Assembly (NCBI GenBank): GCA_965602855.1
Contig: CBFCZV010000005.1
Location: 9,559 to 73,558, forward strand
Origin: an uncultured Gammaproteobacteria bacterium
Lineage (GTDB): Bacteria > Pseudomonadota > Gammaproteobacteria > SZUA-229
Length of the DNA: 64,000 nt
Direction: 5' to 3'
Shown piece by piece: positions 18,486 to 28,560 of the stretch. The translations under genes were made by a program, and so were the position numbers. Every line of letters starts with the position of its first letter. Within the stretch, counting starts at the first letter, position 1. The notes beneath the pieces were generated by a model. The model did no database searches, had not been told where the DNA came from, and worked only from the letters and a program-made list of their open reading frames with translations.

Positions 18486-19982
18486 ATGTCCTCTGAAAAT
18501 GCCAACAAATCAAGATTTGAAAAGCTGAAACAAAAAGCCTGCTCTCGCGTACCACTGGTGCGCGAAGTGCTGGCTGATCTTGATACCCCGCTCAGCACTT
18601 ACCTCAAACTAGCTAATACCCCTTATTCGTATTTATTCGAGTCGGTTCAGGGTGGTGAGAAATGGGGGCGTTATTCCATTATCGGTCTGCCTTGCCGAAA
18701 AATCGTAAAAGTTAATAATCGTCAAATCAGCATTGAAGAAGATGGTGCTGTAATTTCGGATGAGCATGTTGTTGATCCGTTGCAATGGATTACCGAATTT
18801 CAGGAACAGTACGCACAGGAAGATTTTGATGATTTACCGAGCTTCACCGGTGGCCTGGTTGGTTACTTTGGTTACGAAACTATTCGCTATATCGAGCCAC
18901 GTTTAGATCGCGAAGATAAAACCGATCCGCTGGGTACGCCGGATATTTTGTTGATGGTGTCAGAGGAAGTGGTGGTGTTCGATAATCTGGCGGGCAAGCT
19001 TTACATTATCTTGCACGTTGATCCGCTGCAGGATGATGCTTTAGCTAAAGGTGAGCAACGCTTGCAGCAACTGGCGGACGATTTACGCAAGCCTGTGCCG
19101 GATGCGCCAGAACACGAAGCACGTCAGGTCGAAGAAGCAGATTTTGTTTCTGGTTTCACCGAGGAAGGTTATAAATCGGCAGTCGCCAAAGCCAAACAAT
19201 ATATTGTTGATGGCGACATCATGCAGGTGGTGTTATCGCAGCGTTTGACCATTCCCTTTAATGCGAGGCCTTTAGAATTGTATCGTGCTTTGCGTAGTTT
19301 GAATCCTTCGCCTTATATGTATTATCTGGATCTGGGTGATCATCAGGTGGTCGGTTCATCGCCAGAAATTCTAGTTCGACTTGAAGATGGTGAAGTCACT
19401 GTTCGACCTATTGCTGGCACACGCCCTCGTGGTAAAGATGAGGCCCACGACAAAGTACTGGAAGAAGAGCTGTTGGCTGATCCAAAAGAGTTGGCTGAAC
19501 ATTTGATGTTGATTGATCTTGGTCGCAATGATGCAGGCCGTGTCAGTAAAACCGGCAGCGTTGAACTCACTGATAAAATGATCGTCGAGCGTTACTCGCA
19601 TGTGATGCACATCGTTTCCAATGTCACAGGTGAGTTAAAACCCAATATGAATGCCATGGATGTGTTGCGCGCAACTTTCCCTGCAGGCACGGTCAGCGGG
19701 GCACCCAAAATTCGTGCGATGCAAATCATTGATGAAATGGAACCGGTAAAACGCGGTGTTTATTCGGGTGCCGTTGGTTATCTTTCATGGAATGGCAATA
19801 TGGATACCGCGATTGCCATTCGTACTGCGGTAATCAAAGACAAGCAGCTTTCGATACAGGCGGGTGCGGGTATTGTGTATGATTCAGTACCTGATAACGA
19901 ATGGGCAGAAACCATGAATAAGGCGCGCGCAATTTTTAGAGCAGTATCATTGGCAGAGTCCGGGTTAAATAAAAATAACTAA
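18486..19982 (+). CDS. trpE: Anthranilate synthase component I.
   Basis: The chorismate-binding motifs [14 protein letters not shown] and [20 protein letters not shown] are present, and the protein is full length. Confidence 0.95.
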   Translation: MSSENANKSRFEKLKQKACSRVPLVREVLADLDTPLSTYLKLANTPYSYLFESVQGGEKWGRYSIIGLPCRKIVKVNNRQISIEEDGAVISDEHVVDPLQWITEFQEQYAQEDFDDLPSFTGGLVGYFGYETIRYIEPRLDREDKTDPLGTPDILLMVSEEVVVFDNLAGKLYIILHVDPLQDDALAKGEQRLQQLADDLRKPVPDAPEHEARQVEEADFVSGFTEEGYKSAVAKAKQYIVDGDIMQVVLSQRLTIPFNARPLELYRALRSLNPSPYMYYLDLGDHQVVGSSPEILVRLEDGEVTVRPIAGTRPRGKDEAHDKVLEEELLADPKELAEHLMLIDLGRNDAGRVSKTGSVELTDKMIVERYSHVMHIVSNVTGELKPNMNAMDVLRATFPAGTVSGAPKIRAMQIIDEMEPVKRGVYSGAVGYLSWNGNMDTAIAIRTAVIKDKQLSIQAGAGIVYDSVPDNEWAETMNKARAIFRAVSLAESGLNKNN

Positions 19983-19989
19983 GCCACTT

Positions 19990-21018
19990 ATGAATTATTG
20001 TCTTCGTGCTATTTTAGTTTTGTTGGTGATGACAGGTTCGCCATCTTTGGTGGCTGTTGAGCGGACGTATTTGCTCGCTGAAAAGTTGGTTGTTATTGTT
20101 AATGGTAAAGACCCAGAGAGTCAGAAAATTGCTGATTACTATCAGCAGAAAAGAAATATCCCTGATGAAAATATTATTGTTGTTGAGTTTCCACCTAAGG
20201 CCTCTTATTTGACCAGGCATAAATTTCGGAAACTTTATCAGCAGGTACAGGAAAAAACGCCAGAGCATGTTCAATTTTATGCATTAGCCTGGACACAAAC
20301 TTATCGTGTTGCCTGTATGTCGATTACCAGCGCCTTTGCTTTTGGTTTTGATGAAAAATATTGCGCCAAAGGTTGTAAGGCGACAGAGTCCAGCCCTTAC
20401 TTCAATATGAAAAGTCGTACGCCATTCGATGATTTTAAAATTCGACCCACAATGATGTTGGCGGGTAGCTCTATTGATCAGGTATTTGCCATGATTGATC
20501 GTGGTGTGCGTTCAGATGGGCAGCGTCCTGATGGCACGGCTTATCTCTTGAGTACGACTGATAAAAATCGCAATGCTCGTGCACAATTGTATGCTTCAAC
20601 AATTATCACTTTGGGTGAATATGTGAAAATTCAGCAGGTGAATGCTAACAAACTGGAAAATAAAGATGATGTGATGTTTTATTTTACCGGTATGAAGTAT
20701 GTTGAAAATATAGACAGTAATCAGTTCATAGATGGCGCTATCGCTGATCATCTGACCTCGGCGGGGGGGATTCTATTTGGTGAAAATCAAATGAGTGTGT
20801 TGCGATGGCTGGACGCAGGAGCCACGGCCAGTTATGGAACAGTAGTTGAGCCATGCTCATTTCCACAAAAATTCCCGCATCCTGGTATAGCTATTGAGAA
20901 TTATATTCAGGGTAATAGTCTGATTGAAGCCTATTGGAAAAGTGTGGCCTGGCCGGGGCAGGGTTTGTTTGTCGGTGAGCCACTAGCTTCGCCATTTGCA
21001 AAACAAGAAGAAATTTAA
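19990..21018 (+). CDS. Hypothetical secreted protein inserted between trpE and trpG.
   Basis: A signal-peptide-like N-terminus is present (MNYCLRAILVLLVMTGSPSLVAV). No recognisable domain was found. Codon usage is consistent with its neighbours. Confidence 0.5.
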   Translation: MNYCLRAILVLLVMTGSPSLVAVERTYLLAEKLVVIVNGKDPESQKIADYYQQKRNIPDENIIVVEFPPKASYLTRHKFRKLYQQVQEKTPEHVQFYALAWTQTYRVACMSITSAFAFGFDEKYCAKGCKATESSPYFNMKSRTPFDDFKIRPTMMLAGSSIDQVFAMIDRGVRSDGQRPDGTAYLLSTTDKNRNARAQLYASTIITLGEYVKIQQVNANKLENKDDVMFYFTGMKYVENIDSNQFIDGAIADHLTSAGGILFGENQMSVLRWLDAGATASYGTVVEPCSFPQKFPHPGIAIENYIQGNSLIEAYWKSVAWPGQGLFVGEPLASPFAKQEEI

Positions 21019-21039
21019 TAGATCGGGTAGTATTCACGC

Positions 21040-21624
21040 ATGTTATTAATGATCGACAATTATGATTCCTTTACCTACAATCTGGTGCAATATCTGGGTG
21101 AGCTGGGTGCGGATGTTGAAGTGCATCGCAATGACCAGATTGCAGTGGATGAAATAAAAGCGCGTTCCCCTGAGCGTATTATGATTTCGCCGGGGCCCTG
21201 TACACCAGATCAGGCTGGTGTTTCAATGGCCGCAATCAAAGAGTTTGCTGGCAAGCTGCCTATTTTGGGTGTGTGTCTGGGGCATCAGAGTATTGGCCAG
21301 GTATTCGGTGGCAAGATTATTCATGCGCGTGAAATCATGCACGGTAAAACGTCCTTGATTCATCATAAGGGTGAGTACGTTTTTAAAGGTCTGGCAAATC
21401 CATATACCGCGACGCGCTATCATTCGCTTGTAATCGATAAAAGCTCATTGCCTGATTGTCTGGAAGTGACCGCATGGACAGAGACCGAAGATGGCAAGAT
21501 GGATGAGATCATGGGTGTGCGCCATAAAGAGCTGGCGGTTGAAGGTGTGCAGTTTCATCCGGAATCGATTTTGACTGAGCATGGTCATGATCTTCTACAA
21601 AACTTTTTGAATATGACATTGTAA
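21040..21624 (+). CDS. trpG: Anthranilate synthase component II (glutamine amidotransferase; TrpG/PabA).
   Basis: [18 protein letters not shown] is present. The catalytic triad is LGVCLGHQ (Cys) and HPESI (His). Confidence 0.9.
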   Translation: MLLMIDNYDSFTYNLVQYLGELGADVEVHRNDQIAVDEIKARSPERIMISPGPCTPDQAGVSMAAIKEFAGKLPILGVCLGHQSIGQVFGGKIIHAREIMHGKTSLIHHKGEYVFKGLANPYTATRYHSLVIDKSSLPDCLEVTAWTETEDGKMDEIMGVRHKELAVEGVQFHPESILTEHGHDLLQNFLNMTL

Positions 21625-21636
21625 GCAGGTGTTGTT

Positions 21637-22650
21637 ATGGATATGCAAAGCGCAATAAAAGCAGTCACAGAAAAACAGGATTTATCCGCAGAGGATATGA
21701 CCACGGTGATGCGCCTGATCATGACCGGTGAAGCCACGCAGGCACAGATTGGTGGTTTCCTGGTTGGTTTGCGCATGAAAGGCGAGACGATCGATGAAGT
21801 TGCAGCGGCGGCATCAGTAATGCGTGAGCTATCCACTAAAGTTGAAGTTGAAAAAGAACATCTGGTAGATACCTGTGGCACGGGTGGCGATTCATCCGGT
21901 AGTTTTAATATTTCGACGGCGAGTGCTTTTGTGGTTGCCGCTGCCGGTGCGCGTGTTGCCAAGCACGGTAATCGATCGATTACCAGCAAGTCGGGCAGTG
22001 CCGATGTATTGGAAGCCGCCGGCGTAAATCTTGAATTGTCGCCCGAGCAGGTTGCCAACTGTGTAAATGAAATTGGTGTCGGCTTCATGTTTGCACCCAT
22101 GCATCACAGCGCCATGAAACACGCTATCGGTCCACGCAAGGAAATGGCGGTGCGTACTATCTTTAATGTGCTTGGTCCGCTGACTAATCCAGCCGGTGCG
22201 CCAAATCAGGTGCTGGGTGTGTTCAGTAAAGACTGGGTTGTGCCATTAGCGGAAGTGTTGAAGCAGCTCGGTAGTGAGCACGTGCTGGTGGTGAATGCAG
22301 AAGATGGTCTGGATGAAATCAGTATTGGTTCGCCAACACTGGTGGCAGAACTTAAAGACGGTGAAGTTAAAAGCTACGCTATCCAGCCGGAAGATTTCGG
22401 CATGCAGCGTGCGGACCTTTCAAGCGTCAAGGCTGCCGACGCTGAAGATAGTTTAAATATCATCAAAGGCGTGCTTGCAAATCAATCGGGGCCAGCGAAA
22501 GACATTGTATGTTTGAACGCGGGTGCTTCTATTTATGTGGCTGGTTTAGCAAATACATTGGCAGAAGGTGTAGAACGTGCCGCAGAAGTGATCGCCGAAG
22601 GCAAGGCTGCGGAAAAATTACAGCAACTGGTTGATAAAACCACGGCTTAG
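21637..22650 (+). CDS. trpD: Anthranilate phosphoribosyltransferase.
   Basis: The TrpD signatures [25 protein letters not shown] and [18 protein letters not shown] are present. Confidence 0.95.
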   Translation: MDMQSAIKAVTEKQDLSAEDMTTVMRLIMTGEATQAQIGGFLVGLRMKGETIDEVAAAASVMRELSTKVEVEKEHLVDTCGTGGDSSGSFNISTASAFVVAAAGARVAKHGNRSITSKSGSADVLEAAGVNLELSPEQVANCVNEIGVGFMFAPMHHSAMKHAIGPRKEMAVRTIFNVLGPLTNPAGAPNQVLGVFSKDWVVPLAEVLKQLGSEHVLVVNAEDGLDEISIGSPTLVAELKDGEVKSYAIQPEDFGMQRADLSSVKAADAEDSLNIIKGVLANQSGPAKDIVCLNAGASIYVAGLANTLAEGVERAAEVIAEGKAAEKLQQLVDKTTA

Positions 22651-22656
22651 TAAACT

Positions 22657-23454
22657 ATGAGTGATACTCCTGATATTCTAAAAAAGATTCTTCTGCGTAA
22701 GCACGAGGAAATTGCCGAGCGTTCAGAAAAGTTAGCGTTGGAAGATTTAAAAAAATATGCTGAGCAGGCGAGTCCGGTGCGTGGTTTTATCGCTGCCATT
22801 GAAAGTAAGTTAGCTGAGAACAAGTCAGCAGTGATTTCAGAAATCAAAAAAGCTTCGCCCAGTAAAGGTGTTTTAAGAGAAAATTTTAATCCATCTGAAA
22901 TAGCCAAAACTTATGAAGCCAATGGTGCAGCCTGTTTATCAGTGTTGACCGACGCTGATTTTTTTCAGGGCAGTGAAAACTACCTGAAACAGGCGAGATC
23001 TTCCTGTAGCTTGCCAGTGATTCGCAAGGATTTTATTATCGATCCCTATCAGGTTTATGAAGCACGCATGATTAATGCGGACTGTATTCTATTAATTGTG
23101 GCGGCGCTGGATGATGATAAATTGAAAGAATTATTAGCGCTGGCGCACGAACTGGAAATGGATGTGTTGATGGAAGTACACGATGAACAGGAAATGCAAA
23201 GAGCGCTGGCAACCGGTGCTCGGCTGATTGGAATCAATAATCGTAGCCTGCACACTTTTGAAATCAGTCTGCAAACTTCTTTATCGATGCTTGAGATGGT
23301 GCCAGATGATCGAATTCTAGTGACCGAAAGTGGTATTCATACGCAGGAAGATGTGAAGTTGATGCGTGACAATAATATTCACGCATTTCTGGTCGGTGAG
23401 GCCTTTATGCGTGCTGAAGACCCAGGTGAAAAACTCGCAGAGTTGTTTGCCTAG
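22657..23454 (+). CDS. trpC: Indole-3-glycerol phosphate synthase.
   Basis: The TrpC signatures EIKKASPSKG and FLVGEAFMRAEDPG are present. Confidence 0.95.
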   Translation: MSDTPDILKKILLRKHEEIAERSEKLALEDLKKYAEQASPVRGFIAAIESKLAENKSAVISEIKKASPSKGVLRENFNPSEIAKTYEANGAACLSVLTDADFFQGSENYLKQARSSCSLPVIRKDFIIDPYQVYEARMINADCILLIVAALDDDKLKELLALAHELEMDVLMEVHDEQEMQRALATGARLIGINNRSLHTFEISLQTSLSMLEMVPDDRILVTESGIHTQEDVKLMRDNNIHAFLVGEAFMRAEDPGEKLAELFA

Positions 23455-23484
23455 TTTGGCAGTTGTTACCAGCTACTACTGAAT

Positions 23485-24132
23485 TCAGCGTGTACCAAAT
23501 ATTACGATAGTCTTGCCATGCGCACTGATGAGATTGTCGTCTTCCAGTTCCTTGAGTACACGTCCCGCCATTTCACGCGAGCAGCCCACCATTTTGGCCA
23601 GGTCCTGACGGGTGCTTTTTATCTGCATGCCTTCCGGGTGTGTCATGGCGTCAGGTTCCTTACTGAGTTCGAGCAGGCAGTGTGCGATACGCCCTTTAAC
23701 ATCCAGAAAAATCAGGTCACGAACTTTCAGGCTGGTTTTCCTGAGTCGTGTGAATAACTGTCCAGTGAGCAAAAATAGAACAGTAGGGTCTTCAGAGACG
23801 ATTTTCCTGAACTGCTGATAGCTGATTTCAGCAATCATACAATCAGTACGGGCATGTACCCAGGCTGAGCGTTTGGCATCGTCATCACTGAGATCAAACA
23901 GCCCGGCTTCACCAAAAAAATCACCCGGATTGAGATGGGCAAGAATAATTTCTTCACCAGATTCACTTTCAGCCTGTACGCTTACCGAGCCCTCAATGAT
24001 ATAGTAGAGACTTCCTGAGTCGTCACCCTCGTAAATAATGACTTGCTTGGCCGGATGTGTTTTTTTATGCGCGTGGCTGAGGAGTTTTTCAAGTGATGGA
24101 TTGGGTGCGGGGATGTCTCGGATAATGCTCAT
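23485..24132 (-). CDS. crp: cAMP receptor protein (Crp/Vfr).
   Basis: A cNMP-binding domain is followed by a C-terminal HTH region (RQDLAKMVGCSREMAGRVLKELEDDNLISAHGKTIVIFGTR), nearly identical in pattern to E. coli CRP. Confidence 0.9.
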   Translation of the reverse strand: MSIIRDIPAPNPSLEKLLSHAHKKTHPAKQVIIYEGDDSGSLYYIIEGSVSVQAESESGEEIILAHLNPGDFFGEAGLFDLSDDDAKRSAWVHARTDCMIAEISYQQFRKIVSEDPTVLFLLTGQLFTRLRKTSLKVRDLIFLDVKGRIAHCLLELSKEPDAMTHPEGMQIKSTRQDLAKMVGCSREMAGRVLKELEDDNLISAHGKTIVIFGTR

Positions 24133-24247
24133 TTATATAGTCTGCGAGTGGTTATTGTTTTTGTATGAACAGTTTGTAAAAAGATCATGCATAAAGTGAG
24201 TGTATAGCATAGTACCAAAAGTTTTTTATTTTTTAGAGAGCAAGTTA

Positions 24248-24664
24248 ATGAAAGCAACGGTTAAATGGTTAGATCATATGTCTTTTGTCGGTGAATCTGG
24301 CAGTGGACATTCTGTAGTGATGGATGGGCCGCCAGATGATGGTGGACGTAATTTAGGTGTGCGCCCTATGGAGATGGTACTACTGGGTATGGGTGGCTGT
24401 ACTGCTTTTGATGTGGTGCATATTTTGAAGCGAGGTCGACAGGATATTGTTGATTGTCACGTCGAGATGGAAGCTGAGCGAGCTACAGATATTCCTAAAG
24501 TTTTTACCAAAATACACGCTCATTACGTTATCAAAGGTAAAAACCTAGACGCCAAAAAAATAGAGCGTGCGATTACCATGACGGCAGAGAAATATTGTTC
24601 TGTCTCTATCATGCTAGCCAACAGTGTAGAAATAACGCACGATTTTGAAATTATAGAAGACTAA
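24248..24664 (+). CDS. yhfA: OsmC/Ohr-family protein, YhfA-like.
   Basis: It aligns along its full length with E. coli YhfA (KWxxxxxFxGESxSGH...PMEMVLxxxGGC...KGRQDxVDC...AEKYCSV). The crp-yhfA adjacency is conserved. The start was trimmed to the ATG at 24248. Confidence 0.85.
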   Translation: MKATVKWLDHMSFVGESGSGHSVVMDGPPDDGGRNLGVRPMEMVLLGMGGCTAFDVVHILKRGRQDIVDCHVEMEAERATDIPKVFTKIHAHYVIKGKNLDAKKIERAITMTAEKYCSVSIMLANSVEITHDFEIIED

Positions 24665-24674
24665 GGATAATTAA

Positions 24675-26333
24675 GTGTCAGATTCAGCAGAGCAGTTATT
24701 CAAAGAATTACAGCAGGACTATTACAGTGCGTGGTTTCGTTTTCACCCAGAAAGAGCCGTTGAAGTTGGTGTAAATGATCATGCAGGTGAACTACGTAGC
24801 TATGCAGATGATGATATCGGTGCCCTGATTGCACTTGATCAGAAGCTAATTTCTGCACTCGATGAAATGAGCATTGAATCGTTGTCCGATGCCTGTCAGG
24901 TGGATTATAAAATTCTCCGGGCTGCGACTGAGATCGAATTGCACGATCTTGAAGAGCGTGACTGGCGTTTTCTTAATCCTGCTGAATATGTTCCGGTAAA
25001 TGCAATTTATCAATTGCTGATTTACCCTGTTGATGAAGTGCATCATGCGGTTAAGCATCGATTGCAGCAATTTCCTGAGCATCTGCGTGGTGCCAAAGTT
25101 CAGCTCTCCCAATGTCCTGAAAAAGTGGTATCAATATGGTTGCATTCTGCGGTGGAAGAATGTCGTTCCAGCATTGGTTTTATTCGTGATCTAGGTCGTA
25201 ATCCATTAATTACCCAGAAATTTGATAATCCTGCTCGCCTGCAGTCTTTGTTTGAAGAGGCGGCGCATGCGCTGGAAGATTTTGCACAGTTTCTCGAAGT
25301 AGAAATTGCACCTAAGGCAGCGGGTGAATTTGCCTGTGGTGAGCATCGTTTTAATCGCTTATTGAATGAAAAGCACTTTCTGGAAACTTCTGCCGATGCC
25401 GTGCTGGCTTTTGGTGAAAAGTTATATAAGGAATGTCAGCAGGCTTTATTGGAGCAGACCAAGGTCATGCAGGGCGATGAGAATGTTGACGCTCTGTTAA
25501 AGAGTATTCAAAAACAGCACCCTAAAGCAGAGCAGTTGCTGGATACATACCGTCAGCGTATGAAGGCTTCTTATGAATGGTGGGCGGAATCGGGTCTGGT
25601 GACCATGCCTGAGAAGCAATCGCTTAAAGTGCAGGCAACGCCCGAGTTTTTGCGTCATATGATTCCCTTTGCTGCTTATGAAGCCCCTCAGTCTAATGAT
25701 TCTGAGCAGCACGGTTTGTACTATGTCACTACGACCACGGATGAAGCCGCGCTGGCTGAGCATAATGATTACAGTATCGACCTGACCTGTGCGCATGAGG
25801 CCTTTCCCGGGCATCATCTGCAATTTGTCACCGAAAATCAGAGTAGGCCATGTTATACGCGATTACTCAATGCATCGGCGTCTATGTATGAGGCCTGGGC
25901 CTTGTATTGTGAAGAACTGGCTATCGAGCAGGGCTATCTTAATAAAGATGAGCATCGTTTAATCATGCTGCGTGATCGTGCATGGCGTGCCCTGCGCATA
26001 ATTATCGACGTGAAATTGCAAACCGGCCAGTTAAGTCTTGAAGAGGCTGTTGAATTGATGATGGCAGAGTTGGGTTTCAGTCGCGAGCAGGCCCAGGCTG
26101 AAATTAACTGGTATAGCTGCTCACCTGCTACGCCACTGTGTTACGCGCTGGGCCGTGAAATGATTTTGCATGCGCGTGAAGTCGCGCAGGAGCAGGGTGA
26201 TTTTGATTTAAAAGATTTTCATGATCAATTATTGTCACAAGGCTCTATTGCATTGCCGCTGGTGATACAGCAATCAATGGATGACTCAGTCTGGCAGATG
26301 GTGAAAGAAAAAATGTTTGCTCAGGACAGCTAA
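24675..26333 (+). CDS. DUF885-family protein (putative metallopeptidase-like).
   Basis: It is about 550 aa and carries the motif AHEAFPGHHLQF, which is characteristic of DUF885. There is no signal peptide. Confidence 0.55.
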   Translation: MSDSAEQLFKELQQDYYSAWFRFHPERAVEVGVNDHAGELRSYADDDIGALIALDQKLISALDEMSIESLSDACQVDYKILRAATEIELHDLEERDWRFLNPAEYVPVNAIYQLLIYPVDEVHHAVKHRLQQFPEHLRGAKVQLSQCPEKVVSIWLHSAVEECRSSIGFIRDLGRNPLITQKFDNPARLQSLFEEAAHALEDFAQFLEVEIAPKAAGEFACGEHRFNRLLNEKHFLETSADAVLAFGEKLYKECQQALLEQTKVMQGDENVDALLKSIQKQHPKAEQLLDTYRQRMKASYEWWAESGLVTMPEKQSLKVQATPEFLRHMIPFAAYEAPQSNDSEQHGLYYVTTTTDEAALAEHNDYSIDLTCAHEAFPGHHLQFVTENQSRPCYTRLLNASASMYEAWALYCEELAIEQGYLNKDEHRLIMLRDRAWRALRIIIDVKLQTGQLSLEEAVELMMAELGFSREQAQAEINWYSCSPATPLCYALGREMILHAREVAQEQGDFDLKDFHDQLLSQGSIALPLVIQQSMDDSVWQMVKEKMFAQDS

Positions 26334-26968
26334 ATTTTATAAGTTGTTTTAGTCATCACCTTCGACATCAAAGACATCAAGCCCTTAACGGGTTCAGGTA
26401 GTTCCGCGCCACCGTGGTCGAGTGCCGTGGTGGCGTGTTTAGCTTCGTCGATTCTCATTTGTTCGAGAATGGCACGGCTGCGTTGATCGTGTTTGGGCAG
26501 CTCTTTAAGGTGTTCATTTAGATGTTCAACCACCTGATGCTCGGTTTCGGCCAGAAAGCCCAGATTCCACTTATCACCCATGGCGCCGGCACAGGCACCA
26601 ATGGCCAGAGAGCCTGCGTACCAGACAGGATTAAGATAACTGGTGCGGTTGCCCAGCTCGTGTAGCCGGTTTTTGGTCCAGGCGAGGTGGTCATTCTCTT
26701 CCATTGCAGCCTGTTCCAGTTTTTTACGCACTTCATTTTTGCGAGCGGTGATGGCCTGACCCTGGTAGAGAGCCTGTGCTGAGACTTCCCCCGAGTGATT
26801 AACCCGCATCAAACCGGCAACGTGCTTGCGATCTTCATCTTTAAAGTCACAGTCATCAATTTTATCGGCAGGATAAGCGCGGTGCGTCACAATGGGTTTG
26901 CCGGCCACTGTGCGCAGCGCGGTATCGATATTAATTAACATGGCATCAATTGGGGTGTAATCTCTCAT
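26330..26968 (-). CDS. coq7: Coq7-type di-iron ubiquinone biosynthesis hydroxylase (demethoxyubiquinol hydroxylase).
   Basis: The di-iron carboxylate motifs (NHSGEVSAQALYQGQ; EENDHLAWT; ETEHQVVEHL) and a Coq7-like N-terminus (MRDYTPIDAMLINIDTALRT) are present. The start was trimmed to the ATG at 26968, so the gene no longer overlaps the divergent ferredoxin gene. Confidence 0.85.
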   Translation of the reverse strand: MRDYTPIDAMLINIDTALRTVAGKPIVTHRAYPADKIDDCDFKDEDRKHVAGLMRVNHSGEVSAQALYQGQAITARKNEVRKKLEQAAMEENDHLAWTKNRLHELGNRTSYLNPVWYAGSLAIGACAGAMGDKWNLGFLAETEHQVVEHLNEHLKELPKHDQRSRAILEQMRIDEAKHATTALDHGGAELPEPVKGLMSLMSKVMTKTTYKI

Positions 26969-27043
26969 TCGATAATATTGCCCAGAATAGGGAAGGTATG
27001 CAATATTTAATATACAGCAAAACTGTTTCAGCGAGGGTAAATC

Positions 27044-27358
27044 GTGTCTCATTACAAATATCATGTTTTTTTCTGTACCAACCAGCGTGAGCCGGGTGTG
27101 GCGTGCTGCGGGCAGCATAATGCCGCTGAAATACGTGAATATGCCAAAAATAAAATTAAACAGCTGGAACTAAGTGGTGAAGGGGGCGTCAGAGTTAATA
27201 CTGCGGGCTGTCTTGGGCGTTGTGAGTCAGGGCCGGTGATTGTGGTCTATCCGCAGGAAGTTTGGTACACCTACATAGACAGGCAGGATGTGGATGAGAT
27301 TATTAGTGAACATTTGCGAAATGGACGTATTGTGGAACGCTTATTAGTAACTGATTGA
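27044..27358 (+). CDS. Thioredoxin-like [2Fe-2S] ferredoxin.
   Basis: Four Cys residues are arranged as in thioredoxin-like [2Fe-2S] ferredoxins (HVFFCTNQREPGVACCGQH ... TAGCLGRCESGPV). Confidence 0.75.
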   Translation: MSHYKYHVFFCTNQREPGVACCGQHNAAEIREYAKNKIKQLELSGEGGVRVNTAGCLGRCESGPVIVVYPQEVWYTYIDRQDVDEIISEHLRNGRIVERLLVTD

Positions 27359-27508
27359 AAGTAAAGCCCATGTTGTCTGTTTAAGTCAGGTCTGTATTAT
27401 TATTTTCTAATAAGCTCTTGACAGAATACGGAGCATATTAGATAATTAGCACATACTTAATCTCCTCGATTAATTTATGACTCCTCCTCCTTTTTGGTGG
27501 TTTTTAGC

Positions 27509-27538
27509 GCTGGCCCTCCGCCGGCGCTTTTTTTTTCC
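27509..27538 (+). terminator. Strong intrinsic terminator (GCGCUGGC-CCUCC-GCCGGCGC followed by a T9 run) in the ferredoxin-rplM intergenic region.
   Basis: An 8-bp GC-rich stem is followed by TTTTTTTTT. It lies 150 nt downstream of the ferredoxin stop and 128 nt upstream of the rplM ATG. Confidence 0.7.
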
Positions 27539-27665
27539 TGAATTTTGGTATTAAAGTAGCAAAGCACTTGTCTGGCCATCAGATTTTCTGTATTATTCCG
27601 CCTCTTTGTCACGAGGATGTCCCGTGGCGAGTTACACTAGATATAGGAATTGCAGGATAAACCTG

Positions 27666-28094
27666 ATGAGAACCATAAGCGCAAGAGCCGAAGACGTAAA
27701 AAGAGATTGGTTTCTAATCGATGCTGAAGATAAAACTTTAGGTCGTTTAGCTACAGAAGTTGCACGTCGTTTACGTGGCAAGCATAAAGCTATTTACACA
27801 CCACACGTTGATACTGGCGATTACATCGTCATCATCAATGCTGAAAAGGTTCGTGTAACTGGTAACAAAGCAAAAAATAAAATGTATTACAGTCACTCTG
27901 GTTACATGGGTGGACTTAAGCAAATTAGCTTTGAAAAATTAATCGATAAAGCGCCTGAGCGTGTTATCGAGAGAGCAGTTAAAGGCATGCTGCCTAAAAA
28001 CTCACTGGGTCGCACTATGTTCCGTAAGCTGAAAGTTTACGCAGGTAAAGAACACGGTCATGCAGCACAACAGCCACAAGCGCTAGAAATTTAA
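27666..28094 (+). CDS. rplM: 50S ribosomal protein L13.
   Basis: [53 protein letters not shown] matches L13. The ORF-track TTG at 27606 gives a spurious 20-aa extension, so the start was set to the ATG at 27666. Confidence 0.95.
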   Translation: MRTISARAEDVKRDWFLIDAEDKTLGRLATEVARRLRGKHKAIYTPHVDTGDYIVIINAEKVRVTGNKAKNKMYYSHSGYMGGLKQISFEKLIDKAPERVIERAVKGMLPKNSLGRTMFRKLKVYAGKEHGHAAQQPQALEI

Positions 28095-28104
28095 AGGTCT
28101 TATT

Positions 28105-28494
28105 ATGTCAGAACAATATTACGCAACCGGTCGTCGCAAAACATCTAGCGCACGAGTTTATATGAGTGCTGGTACCGGTGCTATCGTAGTTAATGGATTA
28201 CCTGTTGATGACTTTTTTGGTCGTAAAACAGCTCGCATGATCGTACGTCAGCCTCTTGATGTTACAGAAATGAACGACAAGTTCGATATTAAAATCACTG
28301 TTGCAGGTGGCGGTAACTCTGGCCAGGCCGGTGCTATTCGTCACGGTATTACACGTGCTTTGATGGAATACGACGAAACATTACGCCCAGTATTGCGTAA
28401 AGCAGGTTTCGTAACACGTGATGCACGTGAAGTAGAACGTAAGAAAGTGGGTCTCCGCAAGGCTCGCCGTGCTGTCCAGTTCTCGAAACGTTAA
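28105..28494 (+). CDS. rpsI: 30S ribosomal protein S9.
   Basis: It matches S9 along its full length and ends in the S9 C-terminal KR-rich tail ([11 protein letters not shown]). Confidence 0.95.
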   Translation: MSEQYYATGRRKTSSARVYMSAGTGAIVVNGLPVDDFFGRKTARMIVRQPLDVTEMNDKFDIKITVAGGGNSGQAGAIRHGITRALMEYDETLRPVLRKAGFVTRDAREVERKKVGLRKARRAVQFSKR

Positions 28495-28560
28495 GTTTCA
28501 AAACTGGGTACGATTTTACGGTTTAGTGATAATTACCAACTAAGCCGTTTCCTGAGTACT

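Noticed and set aside
27606-27665. N-terminal extensions suggested by the ORF track. Examples are rplM TTG at 27606, coq7 at 27118, yhfA at 24200, cbbY at 47827, the ygfA homologue at 35111, and 30763 and 16900.
   Set aside because: Homologues begin at the internal ATG. The extensions overlap terminators, divergent genes or the 6S RNA.
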